Source: Fidelibacterota bacterium (GTDB lineage Bacteria > Fidelibacterota > Marinisomatia > SCGC-AAA003-L08 > GCA-002704045). From it: DNA of 64,000 nt. Of this stretch, positions 55,672-64,000 are shown piece by piece. The stretch is from NCBI GenBank assembly GCA_002703375.1, contig NZTO01000006.1:1101-65100 (forward strand). The letters run 5' to 3'. Below the pieces are notes generated by a model. That model saw nothing but the letters and a program-made list of their open reading frames with translations. It was not told the DNA's origin and made no database searches. How positions within the stretch are numbered: the stretch's first letter is position 1; each line of letters begins with the position of its first letter. The translations under genes and the position numbers were made by a program.

Positions 55672-56907
55672 ATGCACAATAACCAAAGTATCATTGAAGC
55701 TTTTTCAGTTATAGCAAGAGAAAAGAATATAGATAGAACTAATTTAGGTACCATCATAGAAGATTTGTTTATGACCCTCATTGAAAAAAAATATGGGGAA
55801 GATTGTAACAACTTTAGCGTAATCGTAAACATGGAAAAGGGTGAAATTGAAATTTATCAAGAGATGACAATAGTTGATGAGGTACTTGACAGCGTTACAG
55901 AAATTAGTTTGTCTGAAGCTAATGAGACTGAACCATCGCTTGTTGTTGGCGATCCGTTTATTAAAGTGCATCAACCAAGCGATTTTGGAAGAAGATTAAT
56001 TAATACTGCTAAACAACATTTAAGTCAAAAAATCAAAGATGTTGAAAAACAAGTTATATACGATGAATATGATTCAAAATTGGGTGAAATTGTTGTTGGC
56101 TATATACATCAAATTCATAGAGAAAATGTATATGTAAATATTGATAAAATAGAGTTGAGAATTCCAATTGAAAACCAGATATATAATGATAGATACAGAA
56201 GAGGTGATACTGTTAGAGCAATTGTGAAAAGCATTGATTGGACTCCTAGGGGACCGGATATAATCCTTTCAAGAAGTGATAATGTTTTTTTAAACAGATT
56301 ATTTGAAATGGAAATACCTGAAATTGAAGATGGTTTAATCGAAATCAAAGAAGTATCAAGAGTTGCTGGTGATAGAAGTAAAGTAATTGTTTATTCATCT
56401 GATAAAAGGATTGATGCAGTTGGAGCTTGTGTAGGTATGAGAGGTAGTAGAATTCAAGCAATAGTTAGAGAATTAAATGGAGAAAAAATTGATATAATAA
56501 ATTGGACTCCTCAAGTAGAGGTTCTAATAACTAGAGCGCTTTCTCCAGCTAAACCTTTGAATATGTTTATTGATGAAGAAAAGAAATATGTTGTTGCGGT
56601 ATTTAATGATGAAGATTTACCAATCGCTATTGGTAAAAACGGTCAAAATATAAAATTATCATCTGAAGTAACTGGTTATAAAATAGACGCAGTAAAGGAA
56701 TCTGAATATAATAATGCAGAGAAAGAAAAGTCAAATTTATCTGAAATAGATGGTATAAATCAAAAACACCTATTGGCTTTAAATGATTTAGGCATTGTTA
56801 CGTGCAATGATTTTCTTGATGCGGATCGTAAAACTTTAATTAGCATTAAAGGACTTGGTGAAAAAACATTAGAAAAAATAACTAATCTTGTGATTGAAAA
56901 AAAATAA
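55672..56907 (+). CDS. nusA: Transcription termination/antitermination factor NusA
   Basis: N-terminal domain (IIEAFSVIAREKNI), S1 domain (GEIVVGYIHQI..VYVNI), two KH domains (AGDRSKV...DAVGACVGMRGSRIQ and IAIGKNGQNIKL) and a C-terminal HhH. Confidence 0.95.
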   Translation: MHNNQSIIEAFSVIAREKNIDRTNLGTIIEDLFMTLIEKKYGEDCNNFSVIVNMEKGEIEIYQEMTIVDEVLDSVTEISLSEANETEPSLVVGDPFIKVHQPSDFGRRLINTAKQHLSQKIKDVEKQVIYDEYDSKLGEIVVGYIHQIHRENVYVNIDKIELRIPIENQIYNDRYRRGDTVRAIVKSIDWTPRGPDIILSRSDNVFLNRLFEMEIPEIEDGLIEIKEVSRVAGDRSKVIVYSSDKRIDAVGACVGMRGSRIQAIVRELNGEKIDIINWTPQVEVLITRALSPAKPLNMFIDEEKKYVVAVFNDEDLPIAIGKNGQNIKLSSEVTGYKIDAVKESEYNNAEKEKSNLSEIDGINQKHLLALNDLGIVTCNDFLDADRKTLISIKGLGEKTLEKITNLVIEKK

Positions 56908-56912
56908 ATAAT

Positions 56913-59369
56913 ATGAGTCAAGCTACTACTAAAAGAATTTTTCATATAGCTAAAGAGTTAAATATATCCCACAATGATATAATAACTTTTTTAGCAAATG
57001 AGGGTGTAAAAGTTGCATCATTAATGTCTGAAGTTGATGAATCTAATTATCAAAAAATCTTAAATGAATTTTCAAAAGAAAAACGTCAAATTGATCGATT
57101 TAGAAAAGAACAAGCTAGACAGGCAATAGTAGATACTAGAAGAAAAAAAGATCAGGTTAAAGAATCTAATATTTCTAATGAGAAAAAAATCAGCAAGTCT
57201 GAAAACGCAAAGTCGCTAGGTCATATCAATCTTCAGGATAACATAAAGAAAGAAGCTGATAGGCTGAAAAAAGAAAGGGAGCTTCAAAAACCCAAAGATA
57301 GTGTTGAGGAAAAAAAGATAGAAAAAATATCTAAAGTTAAAAGTAATGATATAAAACTTAAAATTATTAGTAGAGAGAAAGTTGATAAACCAAATAAAGA
57401 AAAAACACTCAAAGAAATCTTGTCGGGTAAACATAGTCTTAAAAAAGTTGATATATCCTCAATAGCTGAAAAATTAAATAATAATAAAAAGAAATCTGAT
57501 TCTTCCAAAAAAAACAATCAACCTTCATTACCAGTTTTTAATAAAAAAACATCAAGGAAAAAATACAAAAAGTCAGAAAAAAAAGAAACAATAGCTATAC
57601 AAGAAGATGCTGATATTCTTCAAATACCCGAATTTAGTACTGTTGATGAGTTAGCTCAGTCTATGAATAAAAATTCATCTGAAGTAATAATGACTTGTAT
57701 GAACTTAGGTATGATGGTTACAATAAATCAAAGACTAGATATGGATAGTATTACATTGATTGCTGATGAATTTGGTTTTACGGTTAAAGCATTGGAAGAG
57801 TATGGTACAGATATTATTGAAGATGCAACATCTGAAATTGATGATTCAAAGGCTGTAAAGCGCCCACCTGTTGTAACAATTATGGGACATGTTGATCATG
57901 GTAAAACTTCTCTATTAGATTATATTAGAGAAGAAAATGTAGTTGCAGGTGAATCTGGTGGAATTACACAGCATATAGGAGCATATGAAGTAGTAGTACA
58001 AGATAATAACAAAATTACTTTCATAGATACTCCTGGGCATGAGGCATTTACAGCAATGAGAGCTCGAGGAGCTCAAGTAACTGATATAGTTGTTATAATT
58101 GTGGCAGCAGACGATTCAGTAAAGCCTCAAACATTAGAAGCAATCCATCATTCTCAAGCAGCAAATGTTCCTATGATTATTGCTATTAATAAAATAGATA
58201 AGCCAGCTGCTAATATTGATAATGTTAAGCGAGCTCTTATGGAAGAAAATATTGTCATTGAAGAATATGGTGGTAAAATACAATCTGCGGAAATATCTGC
58301 TAAGACAGGTCTTGGAATTCCTGAGTTATTAGATAAAATTATTCTTGAATCAGAAGTAATGGATCTTAAAGCAGTTACAGAAACGCCGGCTAAAGGTACT
58401 GTTATTGAATCCAAGTTAGATAAAGGTCTTGGGCCAATTTCTACTATTTTAATTCAAGAAGGTACATTGAATGTAGGTGATGTTTTTGTTTGTGGGACAC
58501 AATTTTCAAAGGTTAGATCTATATTAAATGAAAGAAGTAAAAAAATTGATAAAGCATTACCATCTGACCCTGTACAAATTTTAGGTTTCGATTCAGTGCC
58601 TAATGCTGGTGACACTTTTGTTGTTATGAAAGATGAGAGAGAAGCGAAAAAAATTGCATTGCACAGATCTCAACTGAAAAGAGAAGCTGAACAAAGAAGA
58701 TTTAAACATAGAACTCTCGAACAAATTGGATTACAGATAGCAGAAGGTACAATTACTAATTTAGATATAATTATAAAAGGTGATGTTGATGGATCAATAG
58801 AAGCTTTAAGTGATTCTCTTATGTCTCTTAACTTCAAAGAGGTTGCAGTTAATATTATACATCGTGCAGTAGGTATGGTAACAGAAAATGACATATCATT
58901 GGCTGCTGCGTCTAATGCAATAATAATTGCATTTAATGTAAAGGCATCCCCTGAAGCTAAATACGCTGCAAAAAATAAAGGAATTGACGTAAGATTTTAT
59001 TCAATTATTTACGATGCTGTTGATGAAGTAAAACTTGCATTGGAGGGAATGTTAAAGCCTGAAGAAGTAGAAAATGCAATTGGTGTTGCTGAAGTAAGAG
59101 TAATATATAAAATTGGTAGGAAATCTTCTATTGCAGGATCTTACATTAAAAGTGGTAAAGCAATTAGAAATGCTAAATTAAGAATTCTCCGAGATGATGA
59201 AGTCATTCACAGAGGCAATCTGTCTAGCTTAAAAAGAAATAAAGATGATGCAACAGAAGTTCTTGAAGGTTTTGAATGTGGAATTGCAGTCGATGGTTTT
59301 AATGATTTTCAGGAAAATGATTTGATAGAGTTCTATGAAATTAAAGAAGTAAAAAGAAAACTAATTTGA
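56913..59369 (+). CDS. infB: Translation initiation factor IF-2
   Basis: IF2-N (IFHIAKELNISHNDII). G domain VVTIMGHVDHGKTSLLD, DTPGHEAF and NKIDK. C-terminal domains. Confidence 0.95.
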   Translation: MSQATTKRIFHIAKELNISHNDIITFLANEGVKVASLMSEVDESNYQKILNEFSKEKRQIDRFRKEQARQAIVDTRRKKDQVKESNISNEKKISKSENAKSLGHINLQDNIKKEADRLKKERELQKPKDSVEEKKIEKISKVKSNDIKLKIISREKVDKPNKEKTLKEILSGKHSLKKVDISSIAEKLNNNKKKSDSSKKNNQPSLPVFNKKTSRKKYKKSEKKETIAIQEDADILQIPEFSTVDELAQSMNKNSSEVIMTCMNLGMMVTINQRLDMDSITLIADEFGFTVKALEEYGTDIIEDATSEIDDSKAVKRPPVVTIMGHVDHGKTSLLDYIREENVVAGESGGITQHIGAYEVVVQDNNKITFIDTPGHEAFTAMRARGAQVTDIVVIIVAADDSVKPQTLEAIHHSQAANVPMIIAINKIDKPAANIDNVKRALMEENIVIEEYGGKIQSAEISAKTGLGIPELLDKIILESEVMDLKAVTETPAKGTVIESKLDKGLGPISTILIQEGTLNVGDVFVCGTQFSKVRSILNERSKKIDKALPSDPVQILGFDSVPNAGDTFVVMKDEREAKKIALHRSQLKREAEQRRFKHRTLEQIGLQIAEGTITNLDIIIKGDVDGSIEALSDSLMSLNFKEVAVNIIHRAVGMVTENDISLAAASNAIIIAFNVKASPEAKYAAKNKGIDVRFYSIIYDAVDEVKLALEGMLKPEEVENAIGVAEVRVIYKIGRKSSIAGSYIKSGKAIRNAKLRILRDDEVIHRGNLSSLKRNKDDATEVLEGFECGIAVDGFNDFQENDLIEFYEIKEVKRKLI

Positions 59370-59725
59370 TCAATAAAAATAGGCCTTATAAAAGAACAGA
59401 CAGAGTTGGAGATAGTATAAAATCAATTTTGGGTCAAATATTCTTAAATAAACTATTTTTAAATCACAATGGTCTCATGACTATAACAAATGTAAAAGTT
59501 TCTAGAGATCTCAGATATGCTAAAGTTTTTGTATCCTATTACAGCGATGATGGTGTTTTTTTCGATATATTGAAAGAACTAGATAAAAACAAAAAATATC
59601 TTAGATTGCATTTGGGTCATCAACTACCTACAAAATACGTACCTGAATTAACCTTTCATTTAGATGATACATTAGATTATGCTTTTAAAATTAATAACCT
59701 AATCAAAAAAACTAAAAAAAAGTAA
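59366..59725 (+). CDS. rbfA: Ribosome-binding factor A
   Basis: KRTDRVGDSIKSILGQI...ITNVKVSRDLRYAKVFVS..PELTFHLDD. TTGA overlap start. Confidence 0.85.
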   Translation: MINKNRPYKRTDRVGDSIKSILGQIFLNKLFLNHNGLMTITNVKVSRDLRYAKVFVSYYSDDGVFFDILKELDKNKKYLRLHLGHQLPTKYVPELTFHLDDTLDYAFKINNLIKKTKKK

Positions 59726-59732
59726 AATTATT

Positions 59733-60389
59733 ATGGATTTAGTTTTTCCAATATGGAAGCCTATTAATTGGACATCTTTCGATGTTGTTAAGAAGATTAG
59801 GTCAATATTAAAAATAAAAAAAATTGGACATGCTGGAACTTTAGATCCTTTTGCAGAAGGTATATTGGTAATTTGTACAGGTAAAAAAACTACTGAAGTT
59901 GAAACTATTATGAATCAGAAGAAAGAATATAAAGGTGTTATAAAATTAGGTTGCAGAACACCCACTCTTGATCCAGAGTCAAAAATAAATGAATATAAAA
60001 GTATAAAAAAAATAAATGAAAAAGAATTATTTATAGTTAAAAATGATTTTATTGGTAAAGTCAAACAGATTCCTCCTCAATTTTCTGCTATAAAGCATAA
60101 GGGTGTTCCCATGTATAAGTATGCAAGAAAAAATATTAGAATTGATTTAAAACCTAGAGAAGTTAACATTTACGATTTTGAAATAGTTAATTTTAATGAA
60201 GATTCAATTGAATTTATTATATCTTGCGGCAGAGGAACATATATTAGATCAATTGCAAGAGATTTTGCATTAAAAATTGATACCTTAGGCTATTTAACAA
60301 AATTGCAAAGAACTCGCATAGGAGATTTTAATATTGACAACGTAATAAAAATTGAGAATTTTGAAGAATGGTTGTATACAAATCATTAA
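59733..60389 (+). CDS. truB: tRNA pseudouridine(55) synthase (compact form)
   Basis: KIGHAGTLDPFAEGILVICTGK catalytic Asp motif, QIPPQFSAIK and GTYIRSIARD. Confidence 0.9.
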   Translation: MDLVFPIWKPINWTSFDVVKKIRSILKIKKIGHAGTLDPFAEGILVICTGKKTTEVETIMNQKKEYKGVIKLGCRTPTLDPESKINEYKSIKKINEKELFIVKNDFIGKVKQIPPQFSAIKHKGVPMYKYARKNIRIDLKPREVNIYDFEIVNFNEDSIEFIISCGRGTYIRSIARDFALKIDTLGYLTKLQRTRIGDFNIDNVIKIENFEEWLYTNH

Positions 60390-61291
60390 ACGATATAAAA
60401 AAAATTAAAGATACTATTGTTACTATAGGTGCTTTCGATGGTTTGCATAAAGGTCATTGTGCAATTTTTGATAAAATAAATTCATTATCAAATATTAATG
60501 AAAAAAAGGTAGTTGTATCATTTGACCCTCATCCAAAGACACTATTCAACCCAAAAAGTCATAAAATTTTAATAGATCAAAAAACTAAAATTAAATTATT
60601 GAAAAATTACAAAATTGATATTTTACTTTTAGTGCCTTTTGATGAAACGTTTGCAAATATGAGTGCTGAAAATTTTTTAAGTGAGGTGATTGTAAGGTTT
60701 TTTAATCCAAAAATCATACTAATAGGATATGATCATTGTTTTGGAAAAAATAGAACAGGTGATGAATCTTTTTTGAAAAAGTATGAAAAAAAATATGATT
60801 ACAAAACAATAAGTCTTACCCCTAATAAAATAGGTGGAGAAATAGTAAGTAGCTCAATTATAAAAAAATATATAAATAGTGCTAATATTGAACAAGCTAA
60901 TAAATTACTTGGAAGGACCTATAACGTAACAGGACTAGTTAAGCAAGGTTCAGGAAGAGGTAAGATTTTGAATTACCCTACTGCAAATCTTCAAGTTCAA
61001 AATAACTTGATATGTATACCAAGTAATGGTGTGTATGCAATTAATGCAAAAATGAATGGGAATGAATATAAAGGAATGTGTAATATAGGGCATCGTCCAA
61101 CATTTGATGACTTAACTGATTCTGTCATTGAAGTTAATTTGTTTCACAAATTTAAAGATGATTTTTATGATAACGAAATTAAATTATATTTTATAAAATA
61201 TATTAGAAAAGAAAAAAAATTTAATTCAAAAATTGAATTAATTAACCAGTTAAAATTTGATAAAAAAAATTGTATGAAAGTAAATGATTAG
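60368..61291 (+). CDS. ribF: Bifunctional riboflavin kinase / FMN adenylyltransferase
   Basis: TIGAFDGLHKGH, SFDPHP, GRGKILNYPTANL and IEVNLFHKF. 22-nt overlap with truB. Confidence 0.9.
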   Translation: MVVYKSLNDIKKIKDTIVTIGAFDGLHKGHCAIFDKINSLSNINEKKVVVSFDPHPKTLFNPKSHKILIDQKTKIKLLKNYKIDILLLVPFDETFANMSAENFLSEVIVRFFNPKIILIGYDHCFGKNRTGDESFLKKYEKKYDYKTISLTPNKIGGEIVSSSIIKKYINSANIEQANKLLGRTYNVTGLVKQGSGRGKILNYPTANLQVQNNLICIPSNGVYAINAKMNGNEYKGMCNIGHRPTFDDLTDSVIEVNLFHKFKDDFYDNEIKLYFIKYIRKEKKFNSKIELINQLKFDKKNCMKVND

Positions 61292-61302
61292 GAGAATTAA
61301 AG

Positions 61303-61569
61303 ATGGATATGAATATAAGTAAGAGTGAAATTGTTAAAAAATTTGGATCTAATGAATCTGACAGTGGTTCTACAGCCGTACAGATCGCGTTAATAACAAA
61401 AAAAATTAATAACTTGACAGAACATCTTAAAACCAATAAGAAAGATTATAGTAGTCAAAGAGGACTTATAAAGTTAGTATCTCAACGTAGAAAATTATCA
61501 AAATATTTAGTAAAATCAAATCCAAATCAATATGAAGAATTACGTAATGAATTAGGTTTAAGAAAATAA
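61303..61569 (+). CDS. rpsO: 30S ribosomal protein S15
   Basis: DSGSTAVQIALITKKINNLTEHLKTNKKDYSSQRGLIKLVSQRRKLSKYL. Confidence 0.95.
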   Translation: MDMNISKSEIVKKFGSNESDSGSTAVQIALITKKINNLTEHLKTNKKDYSSQRGLIKLVSQRRKLSKYLVKSNPNQYEELRNELGLRK

Positions 61570-61579
61570 TAAGGAAAAA

Positions 61580-63724
61580 ATGTATAAAAAAGAAATTGTC
61601 ATATCAGGAAAAAAGTTAACCATTGAAACGGGTCAAATGGCTAAACAAGCTAATGGTTCTGTTGTTGTAAGATACGGAGACACAGTACTCCTAGTGACAG
61701 CTGCAGCAAATTTAAGAAACCAAACAAATTTAAATTATTTCCCATTGAGCGTAGATTATAGAGAAAAAATGTATTCAGCAGGAAAAATACCAGGTGGTTT
61801 TTTCAAAAGAGAGGGTAGGCCAGGAGAACATGAAATTATTGCTTCAAGACTAACTGATAGGCCAGTGAGACCCTTGTTTCCAAAAGACTTTATGTACGAA
61901 GTTCAAGTTTTAATAAATGTCTTATCCTATGATGGCGAAAATATTCCTGATGTAATTGGCACTATTGGCGCATCTGCCGCTTTGGCTATTTCTGACATTC
62001 CTTGGAATGGTCCAATTGCAACAGTCAGAGTTGGTAGAGTAAATAACAAATATATACTTAACCCAACTAAAACTGAATTAGAAGATAGTGATATGGAAGT
62101 CATTTTAGCAGGAACTTCAGATTCTATTTTGATGGTTGAAGGAGAGTCAGATTTCATAACAGAGGATGCATTTTTATCAGCTATACAATATGGCCACGAG
62201 GCTATAAAGGACATAATTGATTTGCAATTAGAATTAGTAAGTGATTGTGGAAAAGCTAAAGTTGACTATGTTAAAAAAGAAATTGATAAAGATATAGAAA
62301 AAGATGTTCTCAAATTTATCAATGGTAAAGTTGAAGAATTTAATAAGCCGAAAAATAAAAAAGATAGATATTCTCAAATTGACTCTTTTGTAAATGAAGT
62401 CTGGAAAAACTTTGAGGAAAAATATGAAGATGATGAGAATACGGTCAAAAGTATAGTTAATAACGCTATATCTGATAATTTGAGAAAAATTACACTTGAA
62501 GGTAAAAGAGCTGATGGAAGAAACCATACTGATATTAGGGACATACAAATTGAAACTAATTTACTACCAAGGACCCATGGTTCAGCATTATTTACTAGAG
62601 GTGAAACTCAAGCATTGGTAACTACAACATTGGGTGGTAAAAGAGATGAGCAAATGATTGATAATGTTGATGGTTTATCTTATAAAAATTACATGTTGCA
62701 TTACAATTTTCCACCGTTTAGTGTAGGTGAAGTTGGTAGAATGTTTAGTACTTCACGTAGAGAAATCGGTCATGGAAATTTAGCAGAAAGATCATTGAAA
62801 AGAATTTTGCCTGATCAAGAAGAATTTCCATATACATATAGAGTTGTTTCAGAGATTTTAGAGTCAAACGGATCATCTTCTATGGCAACGGTATGTGGCG
62901 GTTCATTAGCGCTTATGGATGCTGGAGTCCCTGTAAAAGATCACGTTGCTGGGATTGCAATGGGATTAATTATGGAAGATGAAAAAAAATATGCGATTCT
63001 TTCTGATATACTTGGCACTGAGGATCATATAGGAGATATGGATTTTAAAGTAGCTGGATCAGAAAAAGGAATAACTGCAATTCAAATGGATTTAAAAATA
63101 GATGGACTTCCAATTAACATTATGAAAGAAGCTTTAGAACAGGCACGTTTAGGTCGTATTCATATAATTAATGTCATGAAAAATAAAATGAAAACGCCAA
63201 ATAAAGAGTTGTCTGTTTACGCACCGAAAATAATATCTTCATTATTACCTACAGACCGAATAGGTGAGTTTATTGGTCCAGGAGGAAAAAATATTAAAGC
63301 AATATCGGAAGAATATGAATGTGAAGTCAACATAGATGATGATGGTAAAGTAACTATTCTTGGTGTTGATATTGACCTTATGAATAAGGTAAAGTCCATC
63401 GTTGATTCTTATAATTTAACTCCAGAGGTAGGTTCGAAATATAATGCGAAGGTTGTTAAAATTATGGATTTTGGTGCATTTGTTTCAATAGCTCCTGGCA
63501 AAGAAGGATTAGTGCACATATCTGAAATAAATTGGTCACATGTTAAAAAAGTTGAAGACGAGTTAAATGTTGGTGATGAGGTAGAAGTTAAGTTAATTAA
63601 TATTGACGAATTGAACAGGTTAAAGTTTAGTATTAAAGCATTGCTGAAAAAACCAGATAATTATAAAGAATCAAAATCAAATAATTCATCATTTAAAAAG
63701 AAGAAACATCATAAAAAAGCATAA
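61580..63724 (+). CDS. pnp: Polyribonucleotide nucleotidyltransferase (PNPase)
   Basis: Two RNase PH domains (GQMAKQANGSV, RADGR..DIR, GHGNLAERS, MDFKVAG), KH (IGPGGKNIK), S1 (GSKYNAKVVKIMDFGAFV) and a basic tail. Confidence 0.95.
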   Translation: MYKKEIVISGKKLTIETGQMAKQANGSVVVRYGDTVLLVTAAANLRNQTNLNYFPLSVDYREKMYSAGKIPGGFFKREGRPGEHEIIASRLTDRPVRPLFPKDFMYEVQVLINVLSYDGENIPDVIGTIGASAALAISDIPWNGPIATVRVGRVNNKYILNPTKTELEDSDMEVILAGTSDSILMVEGESDFITEDAFLSAIQYGHEAIKDIIDLQLELVSDCGKAKVDYVKKEIDKDIEKDVLKFINGKVEEFNKPKNKKDRYSQIDSFVNEVWKNFEEKYEDDENTVKSIVNNAISDNLRKITLEGKRADGRNHTDIRDIQIETNLLPRTHGSALFTRGETQALVTTTLGGKRDEQMIDNVDGLSYKNYMLHYNFPPFSVGEVGRMFSTSRREIGHGNLAERSLKRILPDQEEFPYTYRVVSEILESNGSSSMATVCGGSLALMDAGVPVKDHVAGIAMGLIMEDEKKYAILSDILGTEDHIGDMDFKVAGSEKGITAIQMDLKIDGLPINIMKEALEQARLGRIHIINVMKNKMKTPNKELSVYAPKIISSLLPTDRIGEFIGPGGKNIKAISEEYECEVNIDDDGKVTILGVDIDLMNKVKSIVDSYNLTPEVGSKYNAKVVKIMDFGAFVSIAPGKEGLVHISEINWSHVKKVEDELNVGDEVEVKLINIDELNRLKFSIKALLKKPDNYKESKSNNSSFKKKKHHKKA

Positions 63725-63730
63725 CTGTAA

Positions 63731-64000
63731 ATGATAGTAGGTGTTCCTAAAGAAATAAAAGCAGATGAAAATAGAGTTGCTCTACTTCCTTTTGCAGTCC
63801 AGAGATTAACCAATTTAGGATGTAAAGTTATTATTGAAAATAATGCAGGTATTGGAAGCGGTTATACTAATACTGATTATATCAATTCTGGCGCAACTGT
63901 AGTTGAAAAGTCAAGTGAAGTTTTTGCTCAATCTGATATGATAATCAAAGTAAAAGAGTTGCAACCAACAGAGTTTGAGATTGTTAGAGAAGAACAGATA
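63731..64000 (+). CDS. ald: Alanine dehydrogenase / PNT-family protein (3' end cut by window edge)
   Basis: MIVGVPKEIKADENRVALLPFAV..L..LGCKVIIENNAGIGSGY. Open to the window end, so it is absent from the ORF track. Confidence 0.65.
   Translation, partial: MIVGVPKEIKADENRVALLPFAVQRLTNLGCKVIIENNAGIGSGYTNTDYINSGATVVEKSSEVFAQSDMIIKVKELQPTEFEIVREEQI

Noticed and set aside
1-64000. CRISPR arrays, IS elements, rRNA operons, prophage or toxin-antitoxin modules
   Set aside because: No spaced direct repeats, transposase, integrase or recombinase motifs, rRNA-like GC-rich stretches or paired small-ORF TA architecture were seen in reading both strands.

Overview
The window is AT-rich, at roughly 17-50% GC in the 60-nt stretches I counted by hand. 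It is very tightly packed bacterial chromosome that reads with the standard code. About 90% of genes are on the + strand. Many junctions are ATGA, GTGA, TTGA or TAGTG start/stop overlaps, and strong AGGAG-type Shine-Dalgarno sites are present.

Most of the window is core housekeeping:
- rsmI-tmk
- tRNA-Val followed by infC-rpmI-rplT-pheS-pheT-zapA-folD
- hisC
- ribD-ribE-ribBA-ribH
- folB-folK
- pgk-tpiA-secG
- acpS-recN-murA
- trkA-trkH
- trxA-trxB
- fadD-purM-gpsA
- nusA-infB-rbfA-truB-ribF-rpsO-pnp

Five tRNAs are present: Val-GAC, Arg-UCG, Leu-GAG, Leu-CAA and Arg-CCU. I saw no rRNA, CRISPR array, transposase, integrase or prophage genes.

Three secreted proteins end in a YPNPFNP-type T9SS/FlgD-like C-terminal sorting domain. 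This points to the FCB superphylum or a neighbouring lineage, but the sequence alone cannot assign taxonomy.

The non-core content worth a second look is:
1. A PomAB-like stator pair next to tRNA-Arg. It is followed by a divergent pair: a 525-aa SAM methyltransferase with an unusual N-terminus, and an 837-aa membrane-anchored protein made of novel tandem repeats.
2. A dockerin-tailed LVIVD protein and, 18 kb away, a small cohesin-like protein with a T9SS anchor. Together they could form a surface-display pair.
3. A cluster of four paralogous lipocalin-like lipoproteins with small membrane proteins beside tRNA-Leu(CAA).
4. Several translation and processing oddities: CDS 3' ends that run into tRNAs, an AUA-start infC, a T9SS cargo with no canonical start for its signal peptide, and an unlisted 58-codon ORF.

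All functional calls rest on remembered family motifs. No database search was possible.
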